64,000 bases of DNA, taken from the IMG/VR virus record IMGVR_UViG_3300030380_003294; one strand, written 5' to 3'. Source of the DNA: a virus. This document shows positions 55,819 through 64,000 of this stretch, piece by piece. A program made the position numbers and the translations under genes. Below the pieces are notes generated by a model. That model searched no databases. It was not told the origin of the DNA and saw nothing but the letters and a program-made list of their open reading frames with translations. Within the stretch, counting starts at the first letter, position 1. Each line of letters opens with the position of its first letter.

Positions 55819-56380
55819 CAGACTCGTTTATCGCCTTGGTCCATGGGTTGTTCTGACGTGCTGTTGCCCACTTGAGGTTAGTCAGATGATTGTTCTGTGT
55901 ATCTCCATCTTTATGATCGATGTGTGCCAGTTCCCTAAGTGCTTGCTTGACCGTCTCAGGTGTTGCGTCCCAGTCCTCCTTAGGAATTCCCATCTCATGA
56001 GAGTGAGTATCTAAAGGTTCCCATGCCTCCTTGACTGCCCTGTACTTAGGGATAGTTACTTGAATTGCATCAGGACTTTGCCTAACTCTTTTGTGATACT
56101 TAGATGTTGGATCATTAACATATTTCTGGAATGGTTTTGCTCTCTTCTCAAGTTGAGGAAAGTCTTTTACATCTAGAGTGATACCAAAAGCAGGTGCAGA
56201 TTTGTAACTGGTATTACCTCTCTGATAATTATTTGTTGTTGGATTAAGTATCCTAGGATTTTTAGTTCGTGTGCTTAGACCACGACCATCCCTTGCTACA
56301 AACAATGTAGGAATGACTTTGCCTTGATAAGGAACTGGACGCCACTCGTCCTCACCCATAAATTCTTCTAAACCAATCAT
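55805..56380 (-). CDS. Free-standing HNH endonuclease
   Basis: EWRPV N-terminus; IDHKDGDTQNNHLTNLKWATARQN HNH motif. Confidence 0.85.
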   Translation of the reverse strand: MIGLEEFMGEDEWRPVPYQGKVIPTLFVARDGRGLSTRTKNPRILNPTTNNYQRGNTSYKSAPAFGITLDVKDFPQLEKRAKPFQKYVNDPTSKYHKRVRQSPDAIQVTIPKYRAVKEAWEPLDTHSHEMGIPKEDWDATPETVKQALRELAHIDHKDGDTQNNHLTNLKWATARQNNPWTKAINESVDNA

Positions 56381-56574
56381 GATTTTTCTTGTTTTGCTGT
56401 TTGAAAGTATAGTTTGTAGTATCGTTTCTTCATTTCATCTAGTGTATTCATATCATCATCGAATGCCATGAACTTAAGTAACTGATACGATCCTTCTAGT
56501 TCACTGATTAGACGTAGTATGTTGACACTATGTCTTTCTAGACCACCATGGTCCCATTTACTACGGTCTGTCAA
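56377..56574 (-). CDS. Hypothetical protein
   Basis: 65 aa; NILRLISELEGSYQ..KFM.F. Confidence 0.65.
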   Translation of the reverse strand: MTDRSKWDHGGLERHSVNILRLISELEGSYQLLKFMAFDDDMNTLDEMKKRYYKLYFQTAKQEKS

Positions 56575-56893
56575 GTTCCTGTTTCGCAGCGTTCTCTAAT
56601 GTAACCACCATAGAATCCATACAGTCCATAAGATCTCTGAATCCAAATGCTTTTGTCAACGAATGGATTCTCTCTTTCATTTCCCTTGCTTCCATGTCTT
56701 CTTTTGCAGCAAGACATAGACGGAAGTAAAATGTTTTTTGTTTCTCAATCAAATCTTTACATCCTTCGATGTGCTCCAGTTTTTCTTCCTTGCTCATCTC
56801 TGCAAGTTGTGAAGTTACTGTAGCAACTGATTGATATGTTTTGAAGATATCATTAAGATTATCTTGGACTTGTTCGGACTCGAAAAAACTCAT
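56561..56893 (-). CDS. Conserved cyanophage protein (DUF1825-like)
   Basis: MSFFESEQVQ...LIEKQKTFYFRL.L. Confidence 0.7.
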   Translation of the reverse strand: MSFFESEQVQDNLNDIFKTYQSVATVTSQLAEMSKEEKLEHIEGCKDLIEKQKTFYFRLCLAAKEDMEAREMKERIHSLTKAFGFRDLMDCMDSMVVTLENAAKQELDRP

Positions 56894-57489
56894 AGCTTTG
56901 TGTGTATTACGTCTAGGATTACTCCTTTATACTTCTTACAATCTACATGTAAAAATGATTTGTATTTGGTTACCTTCATCTTAGTATCTTCCCAGATAGG
57001 ATCAACTAAAATTTTAGAAAGGTTATCAATATAACCTAAGCAGTTTTCAAAGATGACTAATGTGTCTAGTGAAACTTCATTAGCATAGTATCTCCTTAAC
57101 AGTGGAGGGTGTACTCCTTCTTCTGCTTTAAAGATGTCTTCAAATGATCTCTCATAAGGTTGTTCAAGATCATCTAATAAAACATTAACATCTTCTTTAA
57201 ATTTATAAGTCAAAGACTCTCGATCAATTTTCCATCGAGTATAGTTTTCCACACTGAATGACTTGATGTATCCTCTAGGATCTGCCAAAAAGTTAGCGAT
57301 GAAATAATCAAAGACCTCATGATCCTTGTACTTCACCGCTAGTTTTTTGAAAAAGTATCGATCAAGTCTCTGCTCAAAAGATTTTTCGGAAGCACGGACT
57401 TTACCTCGATACTTTTCATAGTCGTAGTCTTTTCTTGTGAAGTGTTGTTTAAGTGCTAGGTAAGTTTTATAAACTTCAAACCCTGTCAC
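56890..57489 (-). CDS. gp59: Helicase loader gp59
   Basis: FEVYKTYLALKQHF...YDY.KY.GK...DRYFFKKLA. Confidence 0.9.
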   Translation of the reverse strand: MTGFEVYKTYLALKQHFTRKDYDYEKYRGKVRASEKSFEQRLDRYFFKKLAVKYKDHEVFDYFIANFLADPRGYIKSFSVENYTRWKIDRESLTYKFKEDVNVLLDDLEQPYERSFEDIFKAEEGVHPPLLRRYYANEVSLDTLVIFENCLGYIDNLSKILVDPIWEDTKMKVTKYKSFLHVDCKKYKGVILDVIHTKL

Positions 57490-57776
57490 AGTGGTAACAC
57501 TCCTTTAGAAGTTTGTTTCATGTAGTTGAGACGCTGTGCCTCATGCCTCAAGCGTTCCTTGAGGGGTTTGGATAATAACTTTGGAACCGTCTCGATTTCG
57601 ATATCATTTTCCTGACAGTATGTAACTACTGCTTCGATGTAAGTAATAAGACCACCGCTACTCTTTACAAGTCTTTCAATCTCTTGAGAGAACTTAGTAG
57701 GTGTGAGGAACTTCTCCTCTACAACGGTTTTGGTAGACTTTTTCTTACCATCTTGTGACAGTACTTTATCAACCAT
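57486..57776 (-). CDS. gp33: Late transcription coactivator gp33
   Basis: FSQEIERLV...YIEAVVTYCQENDIEIETVPKLLSKPLKERL; start reassigned to MVDKV. Confidence 0.88.
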   Translation of the reverse strand: MVDKVLSQDGKKKSTKTVVEEKFLTPTKFSQEIERLVKSSGGLITYIEAVVTYCQENDIEIETVPKLLSKPLKERLRHEAQRLNYMKQTSKGVLPL

Positions 57777-58446
57777 GATGGAAAGCGACGAATTCAGAGA
57801 TGTAGGTTTTGAGTAACTGTAAATAGTCATCAAGATTGTACTTCTCAAATATTTGAATAGTCCCCTCTTCAGTGGCAATGAGTGTGACAATTTTCTTTAC
57901 CTCGATTCCAGATCTTTCAAGGAACATCGCTGCATATGCAGTCTCTTGAACAAAGTAATGCTCAATGTATGATTCCTTTTTTTCTTTAGTGGAAGTTTTA
58001 AAATCGATCACTGCTAATTCGCCATCGAACTCAGCAATGCAGTCAACACGTCCTGCAAGTCCGAGATAGTGAGAGTATAGGAAAGTTTCTAAGCAATGTA
58101 TGTTTGAAATACGATTGAGATCTTTCTTTGCGGATTGAAACATACGAACTGACAATGGATTGTTCTCCAGATACTGTTCGATGTTTAAATTACCTCGGAT
58201 ATAGTCTTCGGTGATACTGTGAAATGCTGTGCCTCTTTGTGTTGCTCTTGCAGTGATACGATTTGCCTCTTGTTCACCAATTTTGGTCCTCCATTCTTTG
58301 AAGAACTGTGCGTTCTGAAACGATGTGATTGAGGTAACACTTGGAAAGTATTTATCAGTATCAGGTATTTTATAAAAACGAACACCGTCTTTATTCACAG
58401 GTTCAACTTCTGTTTCTTTGAAGTCTACTTTAACGAAGTCAAACAT
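57769..58446 (-). CDS. PD-(D/E)xK exonuclease
   Basis: PSVTSI, RGTAFH, AGRVDCIAE...IDFKTS and YFVQETAYA motifs. Confidence 0.88.
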   Translation of the reverse strand: MFDFVKVDFKETEVEPVNKDGVRFYKIPDTDKYFPSVTSITSFQNAQFFKEWRTKIGEQEANRITARATQRGTAFHSITEDYIRGNLNIEQYLENNPLSVRMFQSAKKDLNRISNIHCLETFLYSHYLGLAGRVDCIAEFDGELAVIDFKTSTKEKKESYIEHYFVQETAYAAMFLERSGIEVKKIVTLIATEEGTIQIFEKYNLDDYLQLLKTYISEFVAFHHG

Positions 58447-59208
58447 TTAAAATCCGAGATTGTATTTACTGATGAGATACGACTTCACAAGACCAGAGCG
58501 AACGATATCATTGATATCAAACTCGATGCATGCGAACTCCTTCATCTCTTCTAAGATTTTGATGAAGTCTGAGATACCAGACCTATCATTCTCTCGTGTA
58601 AGGTCAGTCTGAGTGATGTCACCACAGAACATAATCTTACTGTCTTCACCAATTCTGGTGATCATTGAATCCAACTCATGAAAGTTTAAGTTGGAGAATT
58701 CATCTACAATAACGATAGCATTATCAAGAGTAACACCACGAATAAAACTTGTAGACCAGAAACTAATAGTTTCCTGCGCTCTAAGATTGTCATAAAGCAT
58801 CTCAAATGAATTGTCATCTGGCATACTGAACATGTATCTAACCATGTTCTTGTATGGAATCTGATAAAGTGCAGACTTATCTTCATGGTCTCCTGGTAGG
58901 AAACCAATCTCTCTGGTAGGAACCAAAGACCTTACAATGTATATCTTATCATAAGGAGTAGATTCGTCAAGTACCTCTTGCAATGCAAGATACAAAGTGA
59001 TAAAGGTTTTACCTGTACCCGCTGCACCATGCAGTAAGAGATTCTTTCCTTCACTATACTGTGCAAAGGCAGTCTTCTGATTATCTGTTAGAGGACTAAC
59101 AGGAACCAGATACGATGAATCGATAGGTTTCTTTCTTTTCATAGACTTCTTGGACATTCCGTTAGGGAAAGTTTTAGGAGAGTTAGTTCCTTTTCTTGCT
59201 CTTGCCAT
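58447..59208 (-). CDS. phoH: PhoH-family ATPase
   Basis: GAAGTGKT, IGFLPG, FIRGVTLDN, DEFSN and GDITQTDL motifs. Confidence 0.95.
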   Translation of the reverse strand: MARARKGTNSPKTFPNGMSKKSMKRKKPIDSSYLVPVSPLTDNQKTAFAQYSEGKNLLLHGAAGTGKTFITLYLALQEVLDESTPYDKIYIVRSLVPTREIGFLPGDHEDKSALYQIPYKNMVRYMFSMPDDNSFEMLYDNLRAQETISFWSTSFIRGVTLDNAIVIVDEFSNLNFHELDSMITRIGEDSKIMFCGDITQTDLTRENDRSGISDFIKILEEMKEFACIEFDINDIVRSGLVKSYLISKYNLGF

Positions 59209-59211
59209 AGT

Positions 59212-59442
59212 TTAGGTGAATCGACTCAAGTTTGAACGAGGATGTGCTGCTTGTACTTTGGACATGACTTCTTTGAAACCATCATCCATCTTAGGTGTAC
59301 CATAGGTTTTACCTGCAACACCCGCAGACCAGTCTTTATCCCAGTCTGGGTTATCCTTTCGCCATTGATCATAATCTGTCATTGACATGGAGAGTTCCTT
59401 TGTCTCTCCAGTTTCTTTGTTTTTTACTGGGTAGGTAGGCAT
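59212..59442 (-). CDS. Conserved T4-like hypothetical protein
   Basis: MPTYPVKNKETGE...GFKEVMSKV..AHP. Confidence 0.75.
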   Translation of the reverse strand: MPTYPVKNKETGETKELSMSMTDYDQWRKDNPDWDKDWSAGVAGKTYGTPKMDDGFKEVMSKVQAAHPRSNLSRFT

Positions 59443-60074
59443 TAGTTCCACTCCATTGCTTCAGAAATAATAGGGAATTGTTCAATAAAGATTTGCTTAC
59501 AAGCGTTAGCAATATCCATGTGTTCCTGTTGTGTACCGTGACCAGATCTCAAAGAAATGTAGTGCATCCATGAACGGATGCTGCCTGACATGTAGATTTT
59601 GGTGGGCGTACATAAAGGTAGGATCATTCTAGCACACTCTTTAGCAATACCGCGAGAGAGCATGTCTTCATAAAGTGCGAATGAATCATCAATGACTTTA
59701 CGCATCTTTATATCATACTCTTGAACTAAGAATTCGTCAACATCATCGATGCTGTTCTGACGATTCTTTGTGTCCTGACGTCTGAGTTTAGGTAACTCAA
59801 TCTTGCCTAGCAGAGTACTATCAGCATAGCGTTGGGAAAATTCTTGATATGTGAACGAACGGTGCCTGAGAATCTGTGCAGCGATTGCTCTTGTTGTGCA
59901 GATCTCTAGTGTCATGAACGCTTGTTCAAAGATACTCCAGTGCTGATGTTTGATACAGTACTTTAACAACCCTGATACCTTAGGGTTCTCTTGATTATTG
60001 GGATTGCTTACTCGTGCTACATAACCAATAGTCTTCTCCGCTTCGGGAGTGACCGAAATCAGACTTACATTCAT
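59442..60074 (-). CDS. thyX: Flavin-dependent thymidylate synthase
   Basis: HWSIFE; QILRHRSFTYQEFSQRY (RHRxxxxxxxSxR motif); ECAR..LP. Confidence 0.96.
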   Translation of the reverse strand: MNVSLISVTPEAEKTIGYVARVSNPNNQENPKVSGLLKYCIKHQHWSIFEQAFMTLEICTTRAIAAQILRHRSFTYQEFSQRYADSTLLGKIELPKLRRQDTKNRQNSIDDVDEFLVQEYDIKMRKVIDDSFALYEDMLSRGIAKECARMILPLCTPTKIYMSGSIRSWMHYISLRSGHGTQQEHMDIANACKQIFIEQFPIISEAMEWN

Positions 60075-60352
60075 CGGGATTTTTTCTTCTTAGGTTTTTT
60101 TGCTTCAGTTGGATCGTTCCACAATTTAGGATTTACATTACCCTTGGATTGTACGAACGTTACAAAGTCTTTCTTATAGAGATCATAATAATAATCAAAA
60201 AGATCTACTGCCTTTTGGCAGATAGTAATGTCATAACGTTCTTTACCGTCCACCTTATAGGTTACAAGGTAGGCAGTATAAGGCAACGAGGTATCGTTTG
60301 CCTTCTCTTTATCACAGTTCTCATGAAGAACTTTCAACTTCTGTTCCCCCAC
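60071..60352 (-). CDS. Hypothetical protein
   Basis: LPYTAYLVTY...FDYYYDLY...G.VNPKLW. Confidence 0.7.
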   Translation of the reverse strand: MGEQKLKVLHENCDKEKANDTSLPYTAYLVTYKVDGKERYDITICQKAVDLFDYYYDLYKKDFVTFVQSKGNVNPKLWNDPTEAKKPKKKKSR

Positions 60353-60801
60353 TCAATTTGCGTGAATGCTTCTTTGACTACTGCTTTTGTGATACGCTTG
60401 TACTTTGTACTAAGTCTCTTATCTTTTACAAGGCAGAGAAGTTCTGCTTCTTCAGCAGACAGTCCTTCTAGGAGTTGGACAAACAGAGATTCTCTTTTAA
60501 GACCAGGTAGTTTATCAGCACCACCTTTCACAAATCTGTACAAACCTTTGTACTCTTGCTCTAAGCGAGTGTGATCAGTGCCTACTGGTGCATCATTAGG
60601 TGTGTAAGGTACATCACCCTCTGGAAGCATGGAGACTACACTGTCATCAAAGTTCCAGATCAAAAGAGATCTAAGTGCTTGACTGTTGTGTCTATGAAGA
60701 ATTTGAATCTTCTCGTCCTTTGTTTTTGCGTTTGAGACTTTTCGTAAAACCTCACTGATAAGCAACCTAGGGTTGCTGTTGTCCATGTTTTTAGTTGCCA
60801 T
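60334..60801 (-). CDS. Conserved T4-like hypothetical protein
   Basis: LISEVL...LPEGDVPY...KRESLFVQLLEGL..EEA. Confidence 0.8.
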   Translation of the reverse strand: MATKNMDNSNPRLLISEVLRKVSNAKTKDEKIQILHRHNSQALRSLLIWNFDDSVVSMLPEGDVPYTPNDAPVGTDHTRLEQEYKGLYRFVKGGADKLPGLKRESLFVQLLEGLSAEEAELLCLVKDKRLSTKYKRITKAVVKEAFTQIEWGNRS

Positions 60802-60822
60802 AATGATTGTTAAATAATGAAA

Positions 60823-61059
60823 TCAATCTTCCTCGTCATCGTCGAGTTCTTGGATATCCCAAGGTGATGTTGGTCTGACGTAGATAAGTTCATCATGTAA
60901 GATGTTACCGTCCTCATCAAGCATCTCTGGATGTGTAACTGACTTGGCATAAGCAGCGTTTTCGATGTAATCTTCAACGTATCCTTTTGCCAACCAAGAA
61001 ACAGTCATTCCTAAGATGAATGCTCCGATGGTAACTAATGTTGCTAGTGCTATTAGCAT
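60823..61059 (-). CDS. Small membrane protein
   Basis: Transmembrane helix followed by HPEMLDEDGN. Confidence 0.7.
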   Translation of the reverse strand: MLIALATLVTIGAFILGMTVSWLAKGYVEDYIENAAYAKSVTHPEMLDEDGNILHDELIYVRPTSPWDIQELDDDEED

Positions 61060-61118
61060 GGTTTCCTCCTATGGAATAAAGAATAAATGGAAACCAACCT
61101 CCTATGTTTGAACTACTT

Positions 61119-61472
61119 TTATTTAGAAACTTTTTTGCGTCCTGGTCTACGATCTAATTCATATTGCCAAGCATCTTGTAGGATCTTGTACAAATAATCT
61201 TTGATCTTTCTTGCTCTTGGTTTCCCAAGATGACCATACGCTTCACGAATAAATCGGTGGTCTGTGCTTTTGCCACCCTTGATGTAATGATCTAAATCAT
61301 AGCAAAGTTGCGAGATTGTATCTGCAGTTGAGGAAGAAATAAAATCACTTATCTCTCTCCTCTTGATCTTGTTTGCTTTTAAGTAATCGTATGCTTTGAA
61401 ATAAAACTTGTTTTCTTCAAAGGCACAATCAATGGATCGCTCCACAAGATCATAAAATTCTTCCATTATCAA
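61119..61472 (-). CDS. Hypothetical protein
   Basis: REAYGHLGKPRARKIKDYL motif. Confidence 0.7.
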   Translation of the reverse strand: MIMEEFYDLVERSIDCAFEENKFYFKAYDYLKANKIKRREISDFISSSTADTISQLCYDLDHYIKGGKSTDHRFIREAYGHLGKPRARKIKDYLYKILQDAWQYELDRRPGRKKVSK

Positions 61473-61705
61473 ATAAGGTTGTGTTCACGGAGGTATTGTA
61501 CAGTCTCAGTGCATCCACCAAGATTAGTACTGTTCAGCACTACCTGAGGAAAGGTAGAACCGTTACCGAATTGATTATAGAATGCTTCTCGTTCAAAGTC
61601 AACCCCCAGTTTGTATTCTCGGAAATTGTATCCTTTTCCTTCGAGCACTTGTTTTACTTTAGTGCAGTAAGGGCAACCAGTACGAGTGTAAACAGCAAAG
61701 TTCAT
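61469..61705 (-). CDS. nrdC: Glutaredoxin
   Basis: CPYC, TFPQV and GGC motifs. Confidence 0.92.
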   Translation of the reverse strand: MNFAVYTRTGCPYCTKVKQVLEGKGYNFREYKLGVDFEREAFYNQFGNGSTFPQVVLNSTNLGGCTETVQYLREHNLI

Positions 61706-61723
61706 GAGCATAGTAGGGAGAAT

Positions 61724-61748
61724 AAAAAAGGGGACCCGTAGATCCCCT
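61724..61748 (-). terminator. Intrinsic terminator
   Basis: GGGGATC-TAC-GGGTCCCC stem followed by T6 on the minus strand, downstream of the beta-barrel gene. Confidence 0.75.
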
Positions 61749-61774
61749 AGGTTTCAGTTTATATAGCAGCGATT

Positions 61775-62152
61775 TTAGAAGGAGTACTTAATACCTGCCT
61801 TCGTGCCATATCCGCGATCAACATTGCTGTCGCCAGATCCAAGGAAACTAACTTCACCGTATGCAGAAAGAGCATCGGACAACCCAAGACCAAGACCTGC
61901 TTTACCAGAAGGAACAGTGTCTGCCTCTCCACCATCAGGAGAAACGAAAGTAGCACCGCCCTGTACATAGTATGAAGCAGATTCTCCAAGAGCACCTTCC
62001 CAACCAACGTGAGCGTCAGTATTAGTTCCAGTATAGTTTGAACCAGTCCACGCAGAATTGGCTTCGACGTTCACATATGGACCTGCGAAGGCAGCACCAG
62101 AGGCGAGAAGAGGAGCAGCAACAGATGCTGCGATTACAGATTTAATAGACAT
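61775..62152 (-). CDS. Small outer-membrane beta-barrel protein
   Basis: Start reassigned to MSIKSV; signal peptide ending AFA|GPYVNVE, amphipathic strands, C-terminal KYSF beta-signal. Confidence 0.8.
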   Translation of the reverse strand: MSIKSVIAASVAAPLLASGAAFAGPYVNVEANSAWTGSNYTGTNTDAHVGWEGALGESASYYVQGGATFVSPDGGEADTVPSGKAGLGLGLSDALSAYGEVSFLGSGDSNVDRGYGTKAGIKYSF

Positions 62153-62154
62153 TT

Positions 62155-62305
62155 TTTTAAAAGAATTTACTTGCGGAATTTTTCTACCCGCAGATGAAAG
62201 AAGTCTCGACATGACTTCGTGTTAGGTATGATTGAAGATGACCTAGCGCGAGTAGTTGAGGCATTCGGAAATACTTAATCAGGTGGCGTCCCACCTTCAC
62301 CGAGT
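62155..62305 (-). ncRNA. Structured 5' leader RNA, manA-motif-like
   Basis: Hairpins AGGUGG/CCACCU, UAGGU/ACCUA, GAAGUC/GACUUC and UGCGG/CCGCA, plus a possible CUCG/CGAG pseudoknot; family assigned from memory. Confidence 0.65.
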
Positions 62306-62338
62306 ATTTATACTAACATGATCCCAAGGATTTGTCAA
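62305..62338 (-). promoter_or_regulatory. Overlapping sigma70 (TTGACA-17-TAGTAT) and late (TATAAATA) promoters
   Basis: Both consensus elements lie directly upstream of the structured leader. Confidence 0.75.
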
Positions 62339-62490
62339 GTGTCGTTGGAATGTTTTTGTTCCAACTTAATCTCAGCACGCCTCTTGAGAAGTTTAGCGTA
62401 CATGACCTCCTCCTTAGTATAGCATGCTTTGTTCTTTTTGCGTGCTTTAATAATCTTTTTTGCTGCTTTTATTGTGTCTTTTAATCTCAT
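62335..62490 (-). CDS. Small basic hypothetical protein (51 aa)
   Basis: Manual translation MRLKDTIKAAKKIIKARKKNKACYTKEEVMYAKLLKRR... Confidence 0.6.
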   Translation of the reverse strand: MRLKDTIKAAKKIIKARKKNKACYTKEEVMYAKLLKRRAEIKLEQKHSNDT

Positions 62491-62692
62491 GACGGATTTC
62501 CTCCAGTTTTTGTCTTGATTCTACAAGCATCTTAGCGACCTTTGCCCTGCCCTCATAGTATGCATCAGGATTAAATTGAATGTCAATGTAGTCCATGGGG
62601 TCCATGATTGCATCGAACTCTGCATCACCATCACCTACAATCTCCCTGATCTCTTTAGGCAGATCTTCATTTTTAATCTTTGGTAGTTCCAT
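62447..62692 (-). CDS. Hypothetical protein
   Basis: Start reassigned to MELPKIK, which overlaps the upstream stop codon. Confidence 0.65.
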   Translation of the reverse strand: MELPKIKNEDLPKEIREIVGDGDAEFDAIMDPMDYIDIQFNPDAYYEGRAKVAKMLVESRQKLEEIRHEIKRHNKSSKKDY

Positions 62693-63999
62693 TAGTACCC
62701 TCCTTCGGATGCTGATTCTGTTAGTTTGTATCCTACAGCGTCTCGTGTTGACCAAATGAGATTGCTCACACTTGGTACACCTAGTGTTAGATCAAACGAT
62801 GTTGCCACATAGTCTACACCCGCACCTGCTGTAATGTCAAGTTTTGCGTTACAGTCATTGCCATCAAGATCTCTGAAACATAGTCTGGTGTTATTATTCT
62901 CGCGTACAAATCCACCTGAGTTAGCGACGATGGTTGCATTATAAGTTTGACCTCCTTGTAGTACAACCGTTCTACTAGTTTCACCTGAGGATCTGCTCGT
63001 ATCTTGAACAAACTGTTGACCTGCTGCGGTGTAGGTTCCTAGAGCAGTGCTATAAGAGTTTGGATTATCACTCCATTCAAAATCTAGTACAAACTCTCTG
63101 CTGCCAGATCCTGTCGTTACGATACTTCCATTAGAACTAAAAGTTGCATTGACGTTAGAAGATCCTGCTACTGCTTTTAATCTATATGCTACACCACCTG
63201 GGTTCTTAGACCACACATTATTACTTGCTTGGGAAAACGTTATGTTGGTCACTGTGACCCCAAGTACATGAGGTCCTGTGCTTACGTTATTAATATTTAT
63301 AGTTGATGCTGCCTTGCTTGCAATAGAACCAATGCTTACACCGTCCCATGTGAATGATGCAGTGTCATCACAGGCAACCTCTAGTTCATAATTACCTGCT
63401 GTTTCGATCATTATATTAGAAGTCGCAGTGTGTGGTGTACCAGAGAGGACTGCTGTGTTAGAAGGGTAGACAGCATACTCATTCAAGAGAGCATGACTCG
63501 CCCAAGTTTGATGTGGACCTGACTTAACCCATGGAGCAGGTGCAGGTACAAAGCATTCAGTGCCTCTACAGATCTTTAAATACCATCCACCAGGGTTTCT
63601 ACCCCAGTTGTATGCAAGACCTTCTGGTTGTCCATCAGCACCTACAAACCCTGCATCAGAGTTTGTACACCTTACTGATAGTGTTAATGTACCTGCATTG
63701 AGTGTAAGAGATTGTGAGTATGGAGTAGCATATGAACCACCTGCAAAGATACCACCTGATACATTATTAAAGTTTGCGAGTGGAATTGATATATCATCTA
63801 AAAACACTGAGAATGTATCATCAGCACCACCAGTGATTGTGTATGTATCTGTAGCAGGAATAGGGATTTGATATGTTACTTCTTGTATTTGACGAGGAAG
63901 AGTACATTGTTCTGGGTTTACCCATACAGCAAACTTGTTTCCCTCTTCACTCCAATAACTATCGTTTCCTGGGTTATCGATATCCCTACTTACTACAGG
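62692..63999 (-). CDS. Virion structural protein with PA14-like repeats (5'-truncated by the window edge)
   Basis: Frame is open to the window end; repeated ADD/CDD...W..NPGG motifs. Confidence 0.7.
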   Translation of the reverse strand, partial: PVVSRDIDNPGNDSYWSEEGNKFAVWVNPEQCTLPRQIQEVTYQIPIPATDTYTITGGADDTFSVFLDDISIPLANFNNVSGGIFAGGSYATPYSQSLTLNAGTLTLSVRCTNSDAGFVGADGQPEGLAYNWGRNPGGWYLKICRGTECFVPAPAPWVKSGPHQTWASHALLNEYAVYPSNTAVLSGTPHTATSNIMIETAGNYELEVACDDTASFTWDGVSIGSIASKAASTININNVSTGPHVLGVTVTNITFSQASNNVWSKNPGGVAYRLKAVAGSSNVNATFSSNGSIVTTGSGSREFVLDFEWSDNPNSYSTALGTYTAAGQQFVQDTSRSSGETSRTVVLQGGQTYNATIVANSGGFVRENNNTRLCFRDLDGNDCNAKLDITAGAGVDYVATSFDLTLGVPSVSNLIWSTRDAVGYKLTESASEGGY

Positions 64000-64000
64000 A

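Noticed and set aside
55805-56380. HNH gene as part of a group I intron
   Set aside because: The flanking genes are complete and there is no non-coding space for an intron core.
57769-58446. Cas4-like nuclease as evidence of a CRISPR system
   Set aside because: It is a core T4-like cyanophage exonuclease in its usual phoH-gp33 context; no Fe-S Cys set, array or other cas genes.
67-63871. Numerous plus-strand and nested ORFs in the supplied track (for example 67-465, 44581-44982, 48417-48836)
   Set aside because: They are antisense or off-frame shadows of well-supported genes; only gp48 and gp53 are credible on the plus strand.

Overview
This window is part of a T4-like marine cyanophage (cyanomyovirus) genome, AT-rich, with almost all genes on the minus strand. 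In order along the window: (1) baseplate wedge genes (gp7 start, gp6, gp25, PAAR) and a large virion protein, 1-6.5 kb; (2) an early/host-takeover region of about 35 small ORFs plus an SF2 helicase, driven by sigma70-like promoters, nine of which carry a 22-bp palindrome, 6.8-18.7 kb; (3) a late-transcribed tail-fibre island, 18.7-36.9 kb, in which paralogous fibre/receptor-binding modules are interleaved with enzyme and transporter genes (U32-family Fe-S protein fused to a SAM methyltransferase, ferredoxin, two 2OG-Fe(II) oxygenases, a DUF401-like transporter, a small Cys-rich protein); (4) tRNA-Leu(UAA), gp5, cpeT, cp12, a gp27-like hub, two tape-measure-like genes, gp51/gp26, gp54-like, gp4, gp48 and gp53; (5) speD, gp32, an HNH endonuclease, gp59, gp33, an exonuclease, phoH, thyX, glutaredoxin, and a small outer-membrane beta-barrel gene behind a manA-like structured RNA. 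The best candidates for new biology are the U32-methyltransferase/ferredoxin/oxygenase/transporter module in the fibre island and a probable -1 frameshift joining gp26 to gp51 just upstream of the tape-measure genes. All family calls come from motif recognition and synteny by eye; no database searches were run.
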